Of a stretch of 64,000 nucleotides of DNA, positions 13,092-22,411 are shown piece after piece. The notes beneath the pieces are model-generated. The model saw nothing but the letters and a program-made list of their open reading frames with translations, searched no databases and was not told the DNA's origin. Source of the stretch: an uncultured Peptostreptococcaceae bacterium (GTDB lineage Bacteria > Bacillota > Clostridia > Peptostreptococcales > Acidaminobacteraceae); NCBI GenBank assembly GCA_964342805.1, contig CAYFHQ010000004.1, positions 5,670 through 69,669 on the forward strand, in the 5' to 3' direction. The position numbers and the translations under genes are program-made. Within the stretch, counting starts at the first letter, position 1. Each line of letters opens with the position of its first letter.

Positions 13092-13805
13092 TTGGATTTT
13101 ATCTATCAGTTACTCGGATCTTTACTAGGCATCGTATACAATTTTGTGAATGTATACTGGCTAGCTATCGTGATTATGACAATTATTGTGAAGGTTGCAT
13201 TGGTGCCGCTTTCTTTTAAGCAAATTCAGTCTTCCAAAGCAATGAATGATATTCAACCAAAATTGAAGCAACTTCAAGAAAAGTACAAAAATGATAAAGA
13301 AACATTGAATGTTAAGATGATGGAACTATATAAGGAACACAAAATCAACCCACTGGCTGGATGTCTGCCATTGTTGATTCAGTTTCCAATTCTAATTGGT
13401 CTACTGGGTGTGTTCCGTGAGCCAGCAAAATGGGTATTCGGCAGCGATGTAGCATTGGCAAATGAAGCACTAAGCCAAGGATTCTTCTGGGTTCAAAACT
13501 TGGCAGAGGTAGACTCTCTTGCGAACATTTTCGGAAGTACAGCACCTGAGTTTCTAGCTGGCCTACCTGGTATTTTGCCAATCCTAGCAGCATTGACAAC
13601 TTACATTTCCATGGCTTCCATGAATGGTAAGCAAGCTCAGGCAAATCAGCAGATGAAGACAATGCAAATGGTCATGCCTTTGATGATCCTATGGTTTGGT
13701 AGCACAATGTCTGCTGGTCTAATGATCTACTGGACAGTAAGTAACGTATTCCAAATGGCTCAACAGTACATCATTCCGATGATGACTAAGGAGGCGACCG
13801 AATAA
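13092..13805 (+). CDS. yidC: membrane protein insertase YidC/OxaA (SpoIIIJ-like)
   Basis: 237 aa, TTG start 7 nt after AGGAGGA. Multi-TM protein with MMELYKEHKINPLAGCLPLLIQFPI motif. Conserved rnpA-yidD-yidC-jag order. Confidence 0.92.
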   Translation: MDFIYQLLGSLLGIVYNFVNVYWLAIVIMTIIVKVALVPLSFKQIQSSKAMNDIQPKLKQLQEKYKNDKETLNVKMMELYKEHKINPLAGCLPLLIQFPILIGLLGVFREPAKWVFGSDVALANEALSQGFFWVQNLAEVDSLANIFGSTAPEFLAGLPGILPILAALTTYISMASMNGKQAQANQQMKTMQMVMPLMILWFGSTMSAGLMIYWTVSNVFQMAQQYIIPMMTKEATE

Positions 13806-14446
13806 TGGACTTATTCGAAAACAGGATTGTTGAGAAATCCGGTCGTACGGTTGAGGAAGCAGTCGAACTGGCTTTGATTGCATTGGAAGCTAACCGAGAT
13901 CAGGTAGAAATTGAAGTACTCGAAGAATCGTCAAAAGGATTCCTTGGGATTTTCGGCGGTAAGGAAGCAACGGTCCGAGTTACATACTTGAAGGGCGTTG
14001 AGGAAATTGCCACTGAGTTTTTAACAACAGTTCTCGATGAAATGGGGATTGATGCTTCATTGAATACGGCCTTGAACGACCATGAGTTGTCTGTGGAAAT
14101 GGCAGGCGAGCATATGGCTTTGTTGATTGGACGTAGAGGGCAAACATTGGATTCTTTGCAATACTTGCTCAGTCTTGTGGTGAACAAGAACAGTGATGAT
14201 TATTACCGCGTTATTCTAGATACTGAAGGCTATCGTGCAAAGCGTAAGGATACACTGGAACGTCTTGCAGATCGTCTGGCTAGAAAGGCGAAGAAGACAC
14301 GTAAAGACATCATATTGGAGCCTATGAATCCGTATGAAAGACGTATCATTCATTCATCACTGCAGAATAATCCATATGTAAGCACAAGAAGTGAGGGAGA
14401 AGAGCCTTATCGTAAGGTGATCATTTTCCTGAATAGAAGAAAATAA
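13805..14446 (+). CDS. jag: RNA-binding protein Jag/KhpB (Jag_N, KH, R3H domains)
   Basis: 213 aa. KH-like LIGRRGQTLDSLQYL and R3H-like LEPMNPYERRIIHSSL. Follows yidC. Confidence 0.9.
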   Translation: MDLFENRIVEKSGRTVEEAVELALIALEANRDQVEIEVLEESSKGFLGIFGGKEATVRVTYLKGVEEIATEFLTTVLDEMGIDASLNTALNDHELSVEMAGEHMALLIGRRGQTLDSLQYLLSLVVNKNSDDYYRVILDTEGYRAKRKDTLERLADRLARKAKKTRKDIILEPMNPYERRIIHSSLQNNPYVSTRSEGEEPYRKVIIFLNRRK

Positions 14447-14450
14447 TGAT

Positions 14451-14480
14451 AAAACCCAGTGTAAACAGCTGGGTTTTTAT
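14451..14480 (+). terminator. rho-independent terminator after jag
   Basis: Stem AAAACCCAG / CTGGGTTTT, 9-nt loop, T-run. Confidence 0.6.
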
Positions 14481-14507
14481 TCGTATAAATTGAAAAGGAG
14501 GTGCCCC

Positions 14508-15884
14508 ATGGTAAAGGACACAATTGTGGCTATAGCCACCGCTCCGGGAGAAGGAGCCATAGGAATCGTACGTATGAGTGGCAATCAAGCCCTATCGATA
14601 TTAGACCTGGTATTCCAAGCCAAGTCTAAAAAGTCAGCTCTTGAAATGAAAAACCGGATGCTCTATTACGGACATATCACAGATGAGACCCATGTGATTG
14701 ATGAAGTACTGGTAACGAAGATGCTGGCGCCAAACACATACACCTGTGAGGATGTTGTGGAGATCAACTGCCATGGTGGTATTGTACCTTTGCAAGAAAC
14801 GGTGAAATTGTTGCTCCGCAGGGGGGCTAGAATGGCTGAACCCGGAGAGTTTACCAAACGCGCTTTCTTAAATGGTCGACTAGACTTGGCTCAGGCAGAG
14901 TCTGTAATGGATCTGATTAGCGCGAAGACACCAAGAGGGTTCACAGTGGCCTACCAGCAGCTAGAGGGGGCCCTATCCAAACGGGTGGGACAACTGAGGA
15001 ATGAGCTCCTGAACGTTATGGCCCAGCTTGAAGTGAGTATTGATTATCCAGATGTGGATGAAGAGGAAATCACCTTTGCTGAGATTCGCAAGCGATTTGA
15101 GTCTGTCCAAACAGGGGTAGAAGACTTGCTTGCGTCTTCAGAAACGGGACGCATTATCAGAGACGGCCTGTCCACTGTTATTGTCGGAAAACCCAATGTG
15201 GGCAAGTCTTCCCTTATGAATGCCCTCTTGCGCGAAAGTCGTGCGATCGTAACAGATATTCCTGGAACGACCAGAGATGTGCTTGAAGAGTTTATCAATG
15301 TTAAAGGGGTACCTTTAAGGATCATTGACACTGCAGGCATTCGACAAACAGAGGATGTAGTTGAAAAAATCGGTGTGGAGCGGTCCAAGGAGTTCTTTAA
15401 TAAGGCAGACTTAATTGTCTTTGTTATCAATGCAGCCGAGCCACTTACAGAGGAAGACGAGTCCATTATAGAACTACTGGAAGGACGAAAGGCACTCATT
15501 GTCGTCAACAAGGTTGACCTTCCACGGGTGGTGGACCAAGACCAGTTGGAAGAGAGACTCCCCAACCAAACCTTTGTCTACACGTCAATGATGGACGATA
15601 ATGGGATCGAGGACGTGGAGAACACCATTGCTGAGTTTGTTTTTGGTGGCCATGTCATTCGTAAAGAAAATGCGTATGTGTCGAATATTCGTCATATCAA
15701 TGCTTTAGAACGGACGCAGACAGCATTGAACGCCGCCATAAACGCAGTGGATGGTATGATGCCTTATGATTTTATAGAAGTGGATACAAAGGATGCGTAT
15801 GCATTCTTGGGAGAAATATCTGGTGATACCGTGGAGGACGACCTGGTCACCCGCATTTTCAGTAATTTCTGCCTAGGCAAGTAA
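14508..15884 (+). CDS. mnmE: tRNA modification GTPase MnmE (TrmE/ThdF)
   Basis: ATG 14508 after AAGGAGG. DTIVAIATAPGEGAIGIVRMSG N-terminus, G1 GKPNVGKSS, DTAGIR, C-terminal FCLGK. Confidence 0.96.
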   Translation: MVKDTIVAIATAPGEGAIGIVRMSGNQALSILDLVFQAKSKKSALEMKNRMLYYGHITDETHVIDEVLVTKMLAPNTYTCEDVVEINCHGGIVPLQETVKLLLRRGARMAEPGEFTKRAFLNGRLDLAQAESVMDLISAKTPRGFTVAYQQLEGALSKRVGQLRNELLNVMAQLEVSIDYPDVDEEEITFAEIRKRFESVQTGVEDLLASSETGRIIRDGLSTVIVGKPNVGKSSLMNALLRESRAIVTDIPGTTRDVLEEFINVKGVPLRIIDTAGIRQTEDVVEKIGVERSKEFFNKADLIVFVINAAEPLTEEDESIIELLEGRKALIVVNKVDLPRVVDQDQLEERLPNQTFVYTSMMDDNGIEDVENTIAEFVFGGHVIRKENAYVSNIRHINALERTQTALNAAINAVDGMMPYDFIEVDTKDAYAFLGEISGDTVEDDLVTRIFSNFCLGK

Positions 15885-15899
15885 ATGAAGGAGAGACCT

Positions 15900-17786
15900 A
15901 TGGAAAAATTCCATGCTGGTGACTACGATATTATAGTAATAGGTGCCGGCCATGCCGGTTGTGAAGCTGGTTTAGCTGCTGCACGAATGGGACAAAAGAC
16001 GCTTATGCTGTCCATTAACTTGGACTCCATTGCAATGATGCCATGCAATCCGTCCATTGGTGGAACTGGTAAGGGCCACTTAGTGCGCGAGATCGATGCC
16101 TTGGGTGGTGAAATGGGCCTGAATATCGACAAGTCCTTTATCCAAAGTAAGATGTTGAACCTGCGAAAGGGGCCAGCAGTGCATTCACTGCGAGCTCAGG
16201 CCGACAAGGTCAAGTATCATCAGGAAATGAAAAAAGTCTTGGAGAACACAGAAAATCTCTATATCAAACAGGGCGAAGTGACCCAGTTGACCATGGAAGA
16301 TGGCACAGTCAAAGGTGTTGTTACTGCTACCGGTTCTTGTTATACGGCAAAGGCTGTTATCCTATGTACAGGAACTTACTTGGGAGGAAAGGTCTTCATT
16401 GGGAGTGCTGTCTTTCAGTCAGGACCAAATGGTCTAGCACCTTCCTTGGAACTCACCCAAGACCTTCAGGAACATGCTGTTGATATGAGACGTTTTAAGA
16501 CAGGCACCCCGGCACGTGTGAACAAACGGTCACTAAACTATGATAAGTTAGAGGTGCAGTGGGGCGATCCGGAAATTGAAATGTTCTCCTTTATGAATGA
16601 TGTGGAGGAGTTTGAGGAGCAACCCTGTTGGTTGACCTATACCAATGACACAACCCACCAGGTTATCCTAGACAATATCCATCGATCTGCTATGTATGGG
16701 GGTCAAATTGAGGGGACCGGCCCTCGGTACTGTCCATCCATTGAGGACAAAATCGCCCGATTTGCAGATAAGCCACGACACCAATTATTCATTGAACCAG
16801 AAGGTTTGGATACCAATGAAATGTATGTTCAGGGCATGTCGACAAGTTTACCTGAAGACGTCCAGGTTGCCTTTATGAGAACAATTCCAGGTATGGAGGA
16901 TGTTGAAATCATGCGGCCGGCCTATGCCATTGAGTATGACTGTGTGGATCCCACTCAGTTGAAATTGTCCTTGGAGTTTAAACATGTTGATAACCTGTTT
17001 TCAGCAGGGCAATTCAATGGCTCATCTGGATATGAAGAAGCTGCTGCCCAGGGCCTTATGGCTGGAATCAACGCAGTTCTGAAAATTGAGGGTAAGGACC
17101 CACTTGTTTTGGATAGGTCTGAGGCTTACATTGGCGTTTTAATTGACGACCTAGTGACCAAGGGTACCAACGAACCTTACCGAATGCTAACTTCTCGAGC
17201 GGAGTACCGTCTTTTGCTTAGACAGGATAATGCGGATATTCGGTTGACTGAAATCTCAAATCGAATTGGTTTGGCCGGAGATGACCGATTAAAGCGATTG
17301 AGTGATAAAAAGAAGTGTATTGAGGAAGAAATGGAGCGTTTACATGCCGTAAGGTTGAAAGCGGATCATGTAAATCCCTTGCTGGTTGACTTGGGGAGTT
17401 CTGAAGTGTCTGGTAGCATTACGCTTGCTGACCTCATGAGACGACCAGAGCTTGATTACACCAAGTTAGCACCTGTCGATCCTGACAGACCTGAGCTACG
17501 ATCTGATGTTTGGAAGCAGTGCGAAATTCAGTTGAAGTATGCGGGTTATATAAAGAAGCAGTTGGCTCAAGTGGAGAAGTTTAAAGCCCTAGAGACAATG
17601 GCCTTGGGCCAAGACATTGACTTCAATGGGATTGACGGTTTACGTCTAGAAGCTAGACAAAAACTTTCGGAGATCAAGCCCAAGTCCATAGGACAGGCCT
17701 CACGTATTTCTGGGGTTTCTCCTGCAGATATCTCTGTATTGATGGTCTTCTTAGAGCAGGAAAGAAGGAAAAATGCCAATGGATAA
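15900..17786 (+). CDS. mnmG: tRNA uridine 5-carboxymethylaminomethyl modification enzyme MnmG (GidA)
   Basis: ORF 15885..17786. ATG 15900 preferred (AAGGAGAG RBS). FAD motif [14 protein letters not shown], and [13 protein letters not shown]. Confidence 0.96.
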   Translation: MEKFHAGDYDIIVIGAGHAGCEAGLAAARMGQKTLMLSINLDSIAMMPCNPSIGGTGKGHLVREIDALGGEMGLNIDKSFIQSKMLNLRKGPAVHSLRAQADKVKYHQEMKKVLENTENLYIKQGEVTQLTMEDGTVKGVVTATGSCYTAKAVILCTGTYLGGKVFIGSAVFQSGPNGLAPSLELTQDLQEHAVDMRRFKTGTPARVNKRSLNYDKLEVQWGDPEIEMFSFMNDVEEFEEQPCWLTYTNDTTHQVILDNIHRSAMYGGQIEGTGPRYCPSIEDKIARFADKPRHQLFIEPEGLDTNEMYVQGMSTSLPEDVQVAFMRTIPGMEDVEIMRPAYAIEYDCVDPTQLKLSLEFKHVDNLFSAGQFNGSSGYEEAAAQGLMAGINAVLKIEGKDPLVLDRSEAYIGVLIDDLVTKGTNEPYRMLTSRAEYRLLLRQDNADIRLTEISNRIGLAGDDRLKRLSDKKKCIEEEMERLHAVRLKADHVNPLLVDLGSSEVSGSITLADLMRRPELDYTKLAPVDPDRPELRSDVWKQCEIQLKYAGYIKKQLAQVEKFKALETMALGQDIDFNGIDGLRLEARQKLSEIKPKSIGQASRISGVSPADISVLMVFLEQERRKNANG

Positions 17787-18492
17787 TTTATTGAAAGATG
17801 GCTTAACTGAACTTCATATAGACCATGATCCTAGCCTCCTATCGGACTATGCGATCTATAAAGACCTCTTGGTTGATTGGAATCAAAGGATGAACCTAAC
17901 TGGGATTACAGAAACCAAGGATGTATACATCAAGCACTTCCTAGATTCACTGTCTGCATTTACAGTAGACGTTTTCTCTGAGGGGTGCAAGGTGATAGAT
18001 GTGGGGACAGGAGCGGGTTTTCCTGGACTTCCTATGGCGATACTCAATCGCAGTATTCAAATGACCCTTTTAGATTCCTTAAACAAACGCGTTCATTTTT
18101 TGGAGGCTGTTGCCCAGTCAATTGGACTCAACAATGTAGAATGTATTCACGGCCGAGCTGAGGATTTTGGTCAAAATGAGCAGTTCCGGGAGTTATACGA
18201 TGTAGCTGTGTCACGTGCTGTGGCCCACCTGTCCGTTTTGTCAGAGTATGTCTTGCCTTTCGTTAAGGTAGGAGGTGTATTCCTTGCCTTGAAGGGGCCT
18301 AACGTGACGACTGAGCTAGAGGAAGCAGGAAAAGCCTTGGCTCTTTTGGGAGGTGTAGTGAAGGAAGTAAAAATGGTTCAACTTCCCTTCACTGATATAC
18401 AACATTCCATAGTAGTGATTCAAAAGGTTGAAGCTACGCCAGGTAAGTACCCGAGAAAAGCGGGCAAGCCAACAAAAACACCATTGAAATAA
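17773..18492 (+). CDS. rsmG: 16S rRNA (guanine527-N7)-methyltransferase RsmG (GidB)
   Basis: 239 aa. SAM motif [12 protein letters not shown]. Follows mnmG with a 14-nt overlap. Confidence 0.93.
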   Translation: MPMDNLLKDGLTELHIDHDPSLLSDYAIYKDLLVDWNQRMNLTGITETKDVYIKHFLDSLSAFTVDVFSEGCKVIDVGTGAGFPGLPMAILNRSIQMTLLDSLNKRVHFLEAVAQSIGLNNVECIHGRAEDFGQNEQFRELYDVAVSRAVAHLSVLSEYVLPFVKVGGVFLALKGPNVTTELEEAGKALALLGGVVKEVKMVQLPFTDIQHSIVVIQKVEATPGKYPRKAGKPTKTPLK

Positions 18493-18508
18493 CAGGGGAG
18501 TATTCAAT

Positions 18509-19294
18509 ATGGCAGTGAAACGTAAACATGAAATTGTACAAGTTAAAATAGAGGATGTAGTACCAAATCCAAACCAGCCACGGGCAATTTTTGAGGATCA
18601 TAGTTTAGAGGAGTTGTGCGCGTCTATTCGAGAATATGGCGTTTTACAGCCAATATCCGTTCGCCAGCGGGGACTCCAATTCGAGCTGGTGATGGGAGAA
18701 AGAAGGTTACGAGCTTCCAAATTGGCTGGAAAACGTACGATACCTGCTATTGTCTTAGAGTCTACAGTTGGTGATTCAGCTGTTATGGCTTTGGTAGAGA
18801 ACCTTCAACGTGTTGATCTGAACTTTGTAGAGGAGGCACAAGGATACCAACGTCTAATTGACTCTCATGGTTTCACTCAAAAGGAAATTTCCTTGAAGAT
18901 TGGAAAAAATCAATCGACCATTTCGAACAAGGTTCGCTTGTTGTCTTTGCCACAAACTGTGCAGGATATATTGGTGCAGCATGCCTTGACTGAACGCCAT
19001 GGCCGCGCCCTTTTAAAATTGACAGACGAAAAAATGCAGATGGATGTGCTTCAACAGGTAATTGATCATGAACTGAATGTAAAGAAGACAGAGAAGCTCA
19101 TTGAAACATACTTGCAGCTCAAGGAAGAAAAGCCTAAGAGAAAGTTTAGGGGTATGGCCAATGTGAAGATTTATGTGAATACGATCAAGCAAGCCTACCA
19201 GGCAATATTGGACAGTGGCCAGGAGGCCGTGTTTAATGAGAAAGATTGTGGTGACTTCGTAGAAGTTACTGTACGAATTCCTAAGGAAAAGTAA
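18509..19294 (+). CDS. noc: nucleoid occlusion protein Noc (ParB-family paralogue)
   Basis: 261 aa. ParB box GERRLRAS, HTH GKNQSTISNKVRLL, C-terminal ..LNVKKTEKLI.. and ..VTVRIPKEK resemble B. subtilis Noc (recalled from memory). rsmG-noc-soj-spo0J order. An in-frame TGA at 18485-18487 rules out a longer N-terminus. Confidence 0.85.
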   Translation: MAVKRKHEIVQVKIEDVVPNPNQPRAIFEDHSLEELCASIREYGVLQPISVRQRGLQFELVMGERRLRASKLAGKRTIPAIVLESTVGDSAVMALVENLQRVDLNFVEEAQGYQRLIDSHGFTQKEISLKIGKNQSTISNKVRLLSLPQTVQDILVQHALTERHGRALLKLTDEKMQMDVLQQVIDHELNVKKTEKLIETYLQLKEEKPKRKFRGMANVKIYVNTIKQAYQAILDSGQEAVFNEKDCGDFVEVTVRIPKEK

Positions 19295-19300
19295 GTAGAG

Positions 19301-19340
19301 ACCCCAAGTCATTTTGGAAGATGGCTTGGGGTTTTGTTTT
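19301..19340 (+). terminator. terminator after noc
   Basis: Stem ACCCCAAG / CTTGGGGT, 16-nt loop, tail TTTGTTTT. Confidence 0.55.
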
Positions 19341-19458
19341 GGGGGATAATGGAAATGTCATAAAAAGGAAAAAAATGTAAAACTCAATACCACTTTGTTT
19401 CCTTTCAAGCTTCAATATGATGTATAATAATATAGAGAATAAAAGCAGAGGTGAGTCG

Positions 19459-20235
19459 ATGGGAAAAGCAATTGCAATTTTCAACCAAAAGGGTGGCGTA
19501 GGTAAAACGACCACCAACGTAAATCTTAGTGCAAGTTTGGCCAAGTTAGGCAAAAGAGTTTTGGTGATTGATAACGACCCCCAGGGAAATAGCACAAGTG
19601 GACTGGGGCTGAATAAGGATACTTTGGAGTATAGTTTATACGACGCTCTTATCGATGAGGTAGAGGTAGACAAGTGTATTGTTCCAACCGCATTCGATGA
19701 TCTGCATATTATCCCTTCTGATGTCCAATTGGCAGGTGCTGAAATTGAAATGATTGAGATCAGCAATCGGGAGCAAAGACTAAAGAAGATCGTTGACCAC
19801 ATAAAGGATGACTATGATTACATATTTATCGATTGTCCTCCGTCCTTAGGGCTACTAACGATTAATTCCTTGGTTGCTGTTGATGGCGTGCTCATACCAA
19901 TTCAATGTGAGTACTATGCCCTTGAGGGTGTTAGTCAACTCATGAATACCTACCAGTTAATTAAGAAGGCCTTGAATCCAAACCTAGAAATCGAAGGGGT
20001 GCTCCTCAGTATGTTTGATGGACGTACAAACTTATCGATTCAAGTTGTTGAAGAAGTAAAAAAGTACTTTAAGGGAAAGGTGTATTCTACGATCATTCCA
20101 AAAAATGTTCGACTGGCAGAAGCTCCAAGTTTCGGAGTACCAGTAATAGAATATGATGCGAAATCTAAAGGTGCCATAGCCTATATGGATTTGGCTGAGG
20201 AGATCGTTGAAATACAGGAGGACCACTATGAGTAA
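19459..20235 (+). CDS. soj: chromosome partitioning ATPase Soj/ParA
   Basis: ATG 19459 (MGKAIAIFNQKGGVGKTTT, deviant Walker A) inside ORF 19417..20235. 258 aa. Confidence 0.95.
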   Translation: MGKAIAIFNQKGGVGKTTTNVNLSASLAKLGKRVLVIDNDPQGNSTSGLGLNKDTLEYSLYDALIDEVEVDKCIVPTAFDDLHIIPSDVQLAGAEIEMIEISNREQRLKKIVDHIKDDYDYIFIDCPPSLGLLTINSLVAVDGVLIPIQCEYYALEGVSQLMNTYQLIKKALNPNLEIEGVLLSMFDGRTNLSIQVVEEVKKYFKGKVYSTIIPKNVRLAEAPSFGVPVIEYDAKSKGAIAYMDLAEEIVEIQEDHYE

Positions 20236-21088
20236 GGCAAAACGGGGACTGGGTCGAGGCCTGGGTGCGCTGATTCCTCAAGAAGAAGTCAAGTCTAATG
20301 AGGTGACAGGTTCCGTTGAGGAAATTGACTTAGATACGATCAAGCCAAATCGTGATCAACCAAGGAAAAATTTTGACCGTGAGTCTATTCAAGTTTTGGC
20401 GGACTCCATTCGTGAGTATGGGGTCATCCAACCAATTGTGCTCAAGAAGATAAAAAATGGTTTTGAACTTATAGCAGGTGAGCGCCGATGGCGTGCAGCT
20501 AAAACCGCTGGATTAAAAACGATTCCTGCAGTTATAAAGGATTTTGATGCTGAAACAACTGCAAAAGTAGCGCTAATCGAGAACTTACAACGTGAAGACC
20601 TTTCACCAATTGAAGAAGCGAGAGCATATACGGATCTCATTGATCAATATAGCTTAACACAAGAACAGGTGGCAAAGTCGGTTGGTAAAAGCAGGACCTA
20701 TGTAACCAATACCCTGCGACTCCTTAAACTAGACATACAGATCCTTGAGTTAATTGATGAAATGAAAATTTCAAGCGGTCATGGACGTGCCTTACTAATG
20801 ATAGAAGATCAAGATATGCGATGGAAGATCGCTGAAATGATTGTTTCCAAACAGTTGTCCGTTAGAGAAGTAGAAAAAATTGCAGCGGACGCTAAGAAAA
20901 TATCTGTTCAACCTATCAGTAGAAAACCTGAAAGAGATGCAGAAATGATGATGTTTGAATCAAGATTGAAAGGCTTTTTCGGCACAAAAGTGAATATTAA
21001 AGCTGGAAAAAAGAAAGGAAAAATCGAAATCGAATATTATAATGAGGATGATTTAAACCGAATTTTGTCTTTGATCGAGTTGGATTAA
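20228..21088 (+). CDS. spo0J: chromosome partitioning protein Spo0J/ParB
   Basis: ATG 20228 (MSKAKRGLGRGLGALI) overlaps the soj stop by 8 nt. ParB box GERRWRAA, HTH GKSRTYVTNTLRLL. Confidence 0.95.
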   Translation: MSKAKRGLGRGLGALIPQEEVKSNEVTGSVEEIDLDTIKPNRDQPRKNFDRESIQVLADSIREYGVIQPIVLKKIKNGFELIAGERRWRAAKTAGLKTIPAVIKDFDAETTAKVALIENLQREDLSPIEEARAYTDLIDQYSLTQEQVAKSVGKSRTYVTNTLRLLKLDIQILELIDEMKISSGHGRALLMIEDQDMRWKIAEMIVSKQLSVREVEKIAADAKKISVQPISRKPERDAEMMMFESRLKGFFGTKVNIKAGKKKGKIEIEYYNEDDLNRILSLIELD

Positions 21089-21097
21089 GCCCTTTAG

Positions 21098-21127
21098 CCA
21101 TGTTTCACGTGAAACATGGTTTTTTTT
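21098..21127 (+). terminator. terminator of soj-spo0J whose stem is the first parS palindrome
   Basis: 22-nt perfect palindrome CCATGTTTCACGTGAAACATGG (21098-21119) followed by T8. Confidence 0.7.
21101..21116. promoter_or_regulatory. parS site 1 (perfect consensus)
   Basis: TGTTTCACGTGAAACA, a 16/16 match to the Firmicutes parS consensus TGTTNCACGTGAAACA, 13 nt after the spo0J stop. Confidence 0.9.
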
Positions 21128-21142
21128 ATGTCTAGTCATAGA

Positions 21143-21158
21143 TGTTTCACGTGAAACA
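21143..21158. promoter_or_regulatory. parS site 2 (perfect consensus)
   Basis: Second identical TGTTTCACGTGAAACA, 42 nt (centre to centre) from site 1. Confidence 0.9.
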
Positions 21159-21416
21159 TGAAAAATGGCATTTTAGGTGAAGACATATAGGCTGAGACCC
21201 CTTAAATGGCCCTCTAAGCTATTTGGACAGGAGGGTGCTAGTCTTATATGAATATCCAAAGAACGTCTGATAGGGAAAGAAAGCTCTGTAACTCAGTGGA
21301 ATCAAGGCTTTGGTCTAGGTAACTAGAAAAAGTCCTATAAAGGTAGAGTTGTTCCCCCCGTGAGTAAAGTTGTATAATAGAAGTAGTCAAATTCAGCAGG
21401 TAGAAAGAGATAACTC

Positions 21417-22310
21417 ATGCGAAAAATTCGATTTATTATAAATCCCGTAGCAGGTGATGGGTCAAGTAAGTTGTTATTATCAAAGATAAAAGAAAAAATG
21501 AGTAGTCAAAGTGCAGTAATAGACTTCAAAATATCCAGTCATAAAGGTCACATAACTGAGCTGGCTGAGGAAGCCGTCCATGAAAAATTCACAGATTTAA
21601 TTGTTGCCGGTGGTGATGGGACAATTATTGAGGCAGTGAATGGTATATTAGGTGCTCCAATCCGGCTAGGAATTTTACCCTCTGGAACGGGTAACGACTA
21701 CGCAAGAAGTGTAGGAATTTCTTCAGATTTTGATGAAGCAATGGAAAATATTCTTGAGACCGATATAGTTTTAAGTGACATTGGGTTGGTTAATGGAGAA
21801 GCTTTTTTGAACTCTGTGGGCGTAGGCATCGATAGTGATGTGGTTGAAACGACGCAAAAAATCAAAAACATGTTTCCGGGTAGTATGGCATATGCCTTAA
21901 GCACGGTCAAATCAATTCTTACTTATCGAGCAAAGCATGTACGAATTCACTTGGATGATGTTGTCCTTGAGAGGAAAGTCATGTTGATCGCAATCGGAAA
22001 TGGAAAGTACATTGGTGGAGGAATGAAGATTACTCCCAATGCCAAGGTTGACAGTGGTGATTTCGAAATTTGTATTGTCCGAGATATTAGTAAGCCACGA
22101 TTCCTGAAACTGTTTCCATCTGTTTTTAAAGGAGACCATGTAGGAATAGCAGAAGTTGAAATGTTCCAAGCGAAGTCCATACAGATTGAGTCCCTAGACA
22201 AACCACTGAGTGTGAATGCAGATGGGTCAATTGTGGGTAGTACACCAGCAAAAGTCAGCATGAATCATTACAAGATGCAAATTTTAAGAAAAACTAGCGA
22301 TAATACATAA
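21417..22310 (+). CDS. diacylglycerol/lipid kinase family protein (YegS/BmrU/DagK type)
   Basis: 297 aa. IINPVAGDG.., GGDGT (VAGGDGTIIEAVN) and LPSGTGNDYAR motifs. Confidence 0.85.
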   Translation: MRKIRFIINPVAGDGSSKLLLSKIKEKMSSQSAVIDFKISSHKGHITELAEEAVHEKFTDLIVAGGDGTIIEAVNGILGAPIRLGILPSGTGNDYARSVGISSDFDEAMENILETDIVLSDIGLVNGEAFLNSVGVGIDSDVVETTQKIKNMFPGSMAYALSTVKSILTYRAKHVRIHLDDVVLERKVMLIAIGNGKYIGGGMKITPNAKVDSGDFEICIVRDISKPRFLKLFPSVFKGDHVGIAEVEMFQAKSIQIESLDKPLSVNADGSIVGSTPAKVSMNHYKMQILRKTSDNT

Positions 22311-22411
22311 AATGTAAAATAGTGATTAATATGCAACAAACTGCGCCGCTCAGAATGCTTTATATGACGCTTTTGTTGTGAATTGGTGTCAATATATGCG
22401 CAAGCACAAAA

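Noticed and set aside
15044-15565. 173-aa minus-strand ORF inside mnmE. Similar antisense ORFs lie at 19281-19802 (across the noc-soj spacer into soj), 34497-34913 (across the dnaX 3' end and ybaB), 62813-63310 (GNAT), 9077-9523 (dnaN) and 3537-5294 (gyrA).
   Set aside because: All lie opposite strongly supported conserved genes, have Ser/Thr/Ile-rich low-complexity translations and lack RBS/promoter context. They are treated as shadow ORFs.
18207-18222. parS-like sequence TGTGTCACGTGCTGTG inside rsmG (and CACGTG-containing sites at about 16511, 52921 and 63861)
   Set aside because: Only the left half-site matches (about 10/16 overall). The palindrome is broken, so these are not called as parS.
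22384-22399. Possible sigma-54 -24/-12 promoter (TGGTGTCAATATATGC) upstream of the GAF/Fis-HTH regulator
   Set aside because: The GG-to-GC spacing is 2 nt longer than the consensus TGGCAC-N5-TTGC, and flanking bases do not match.
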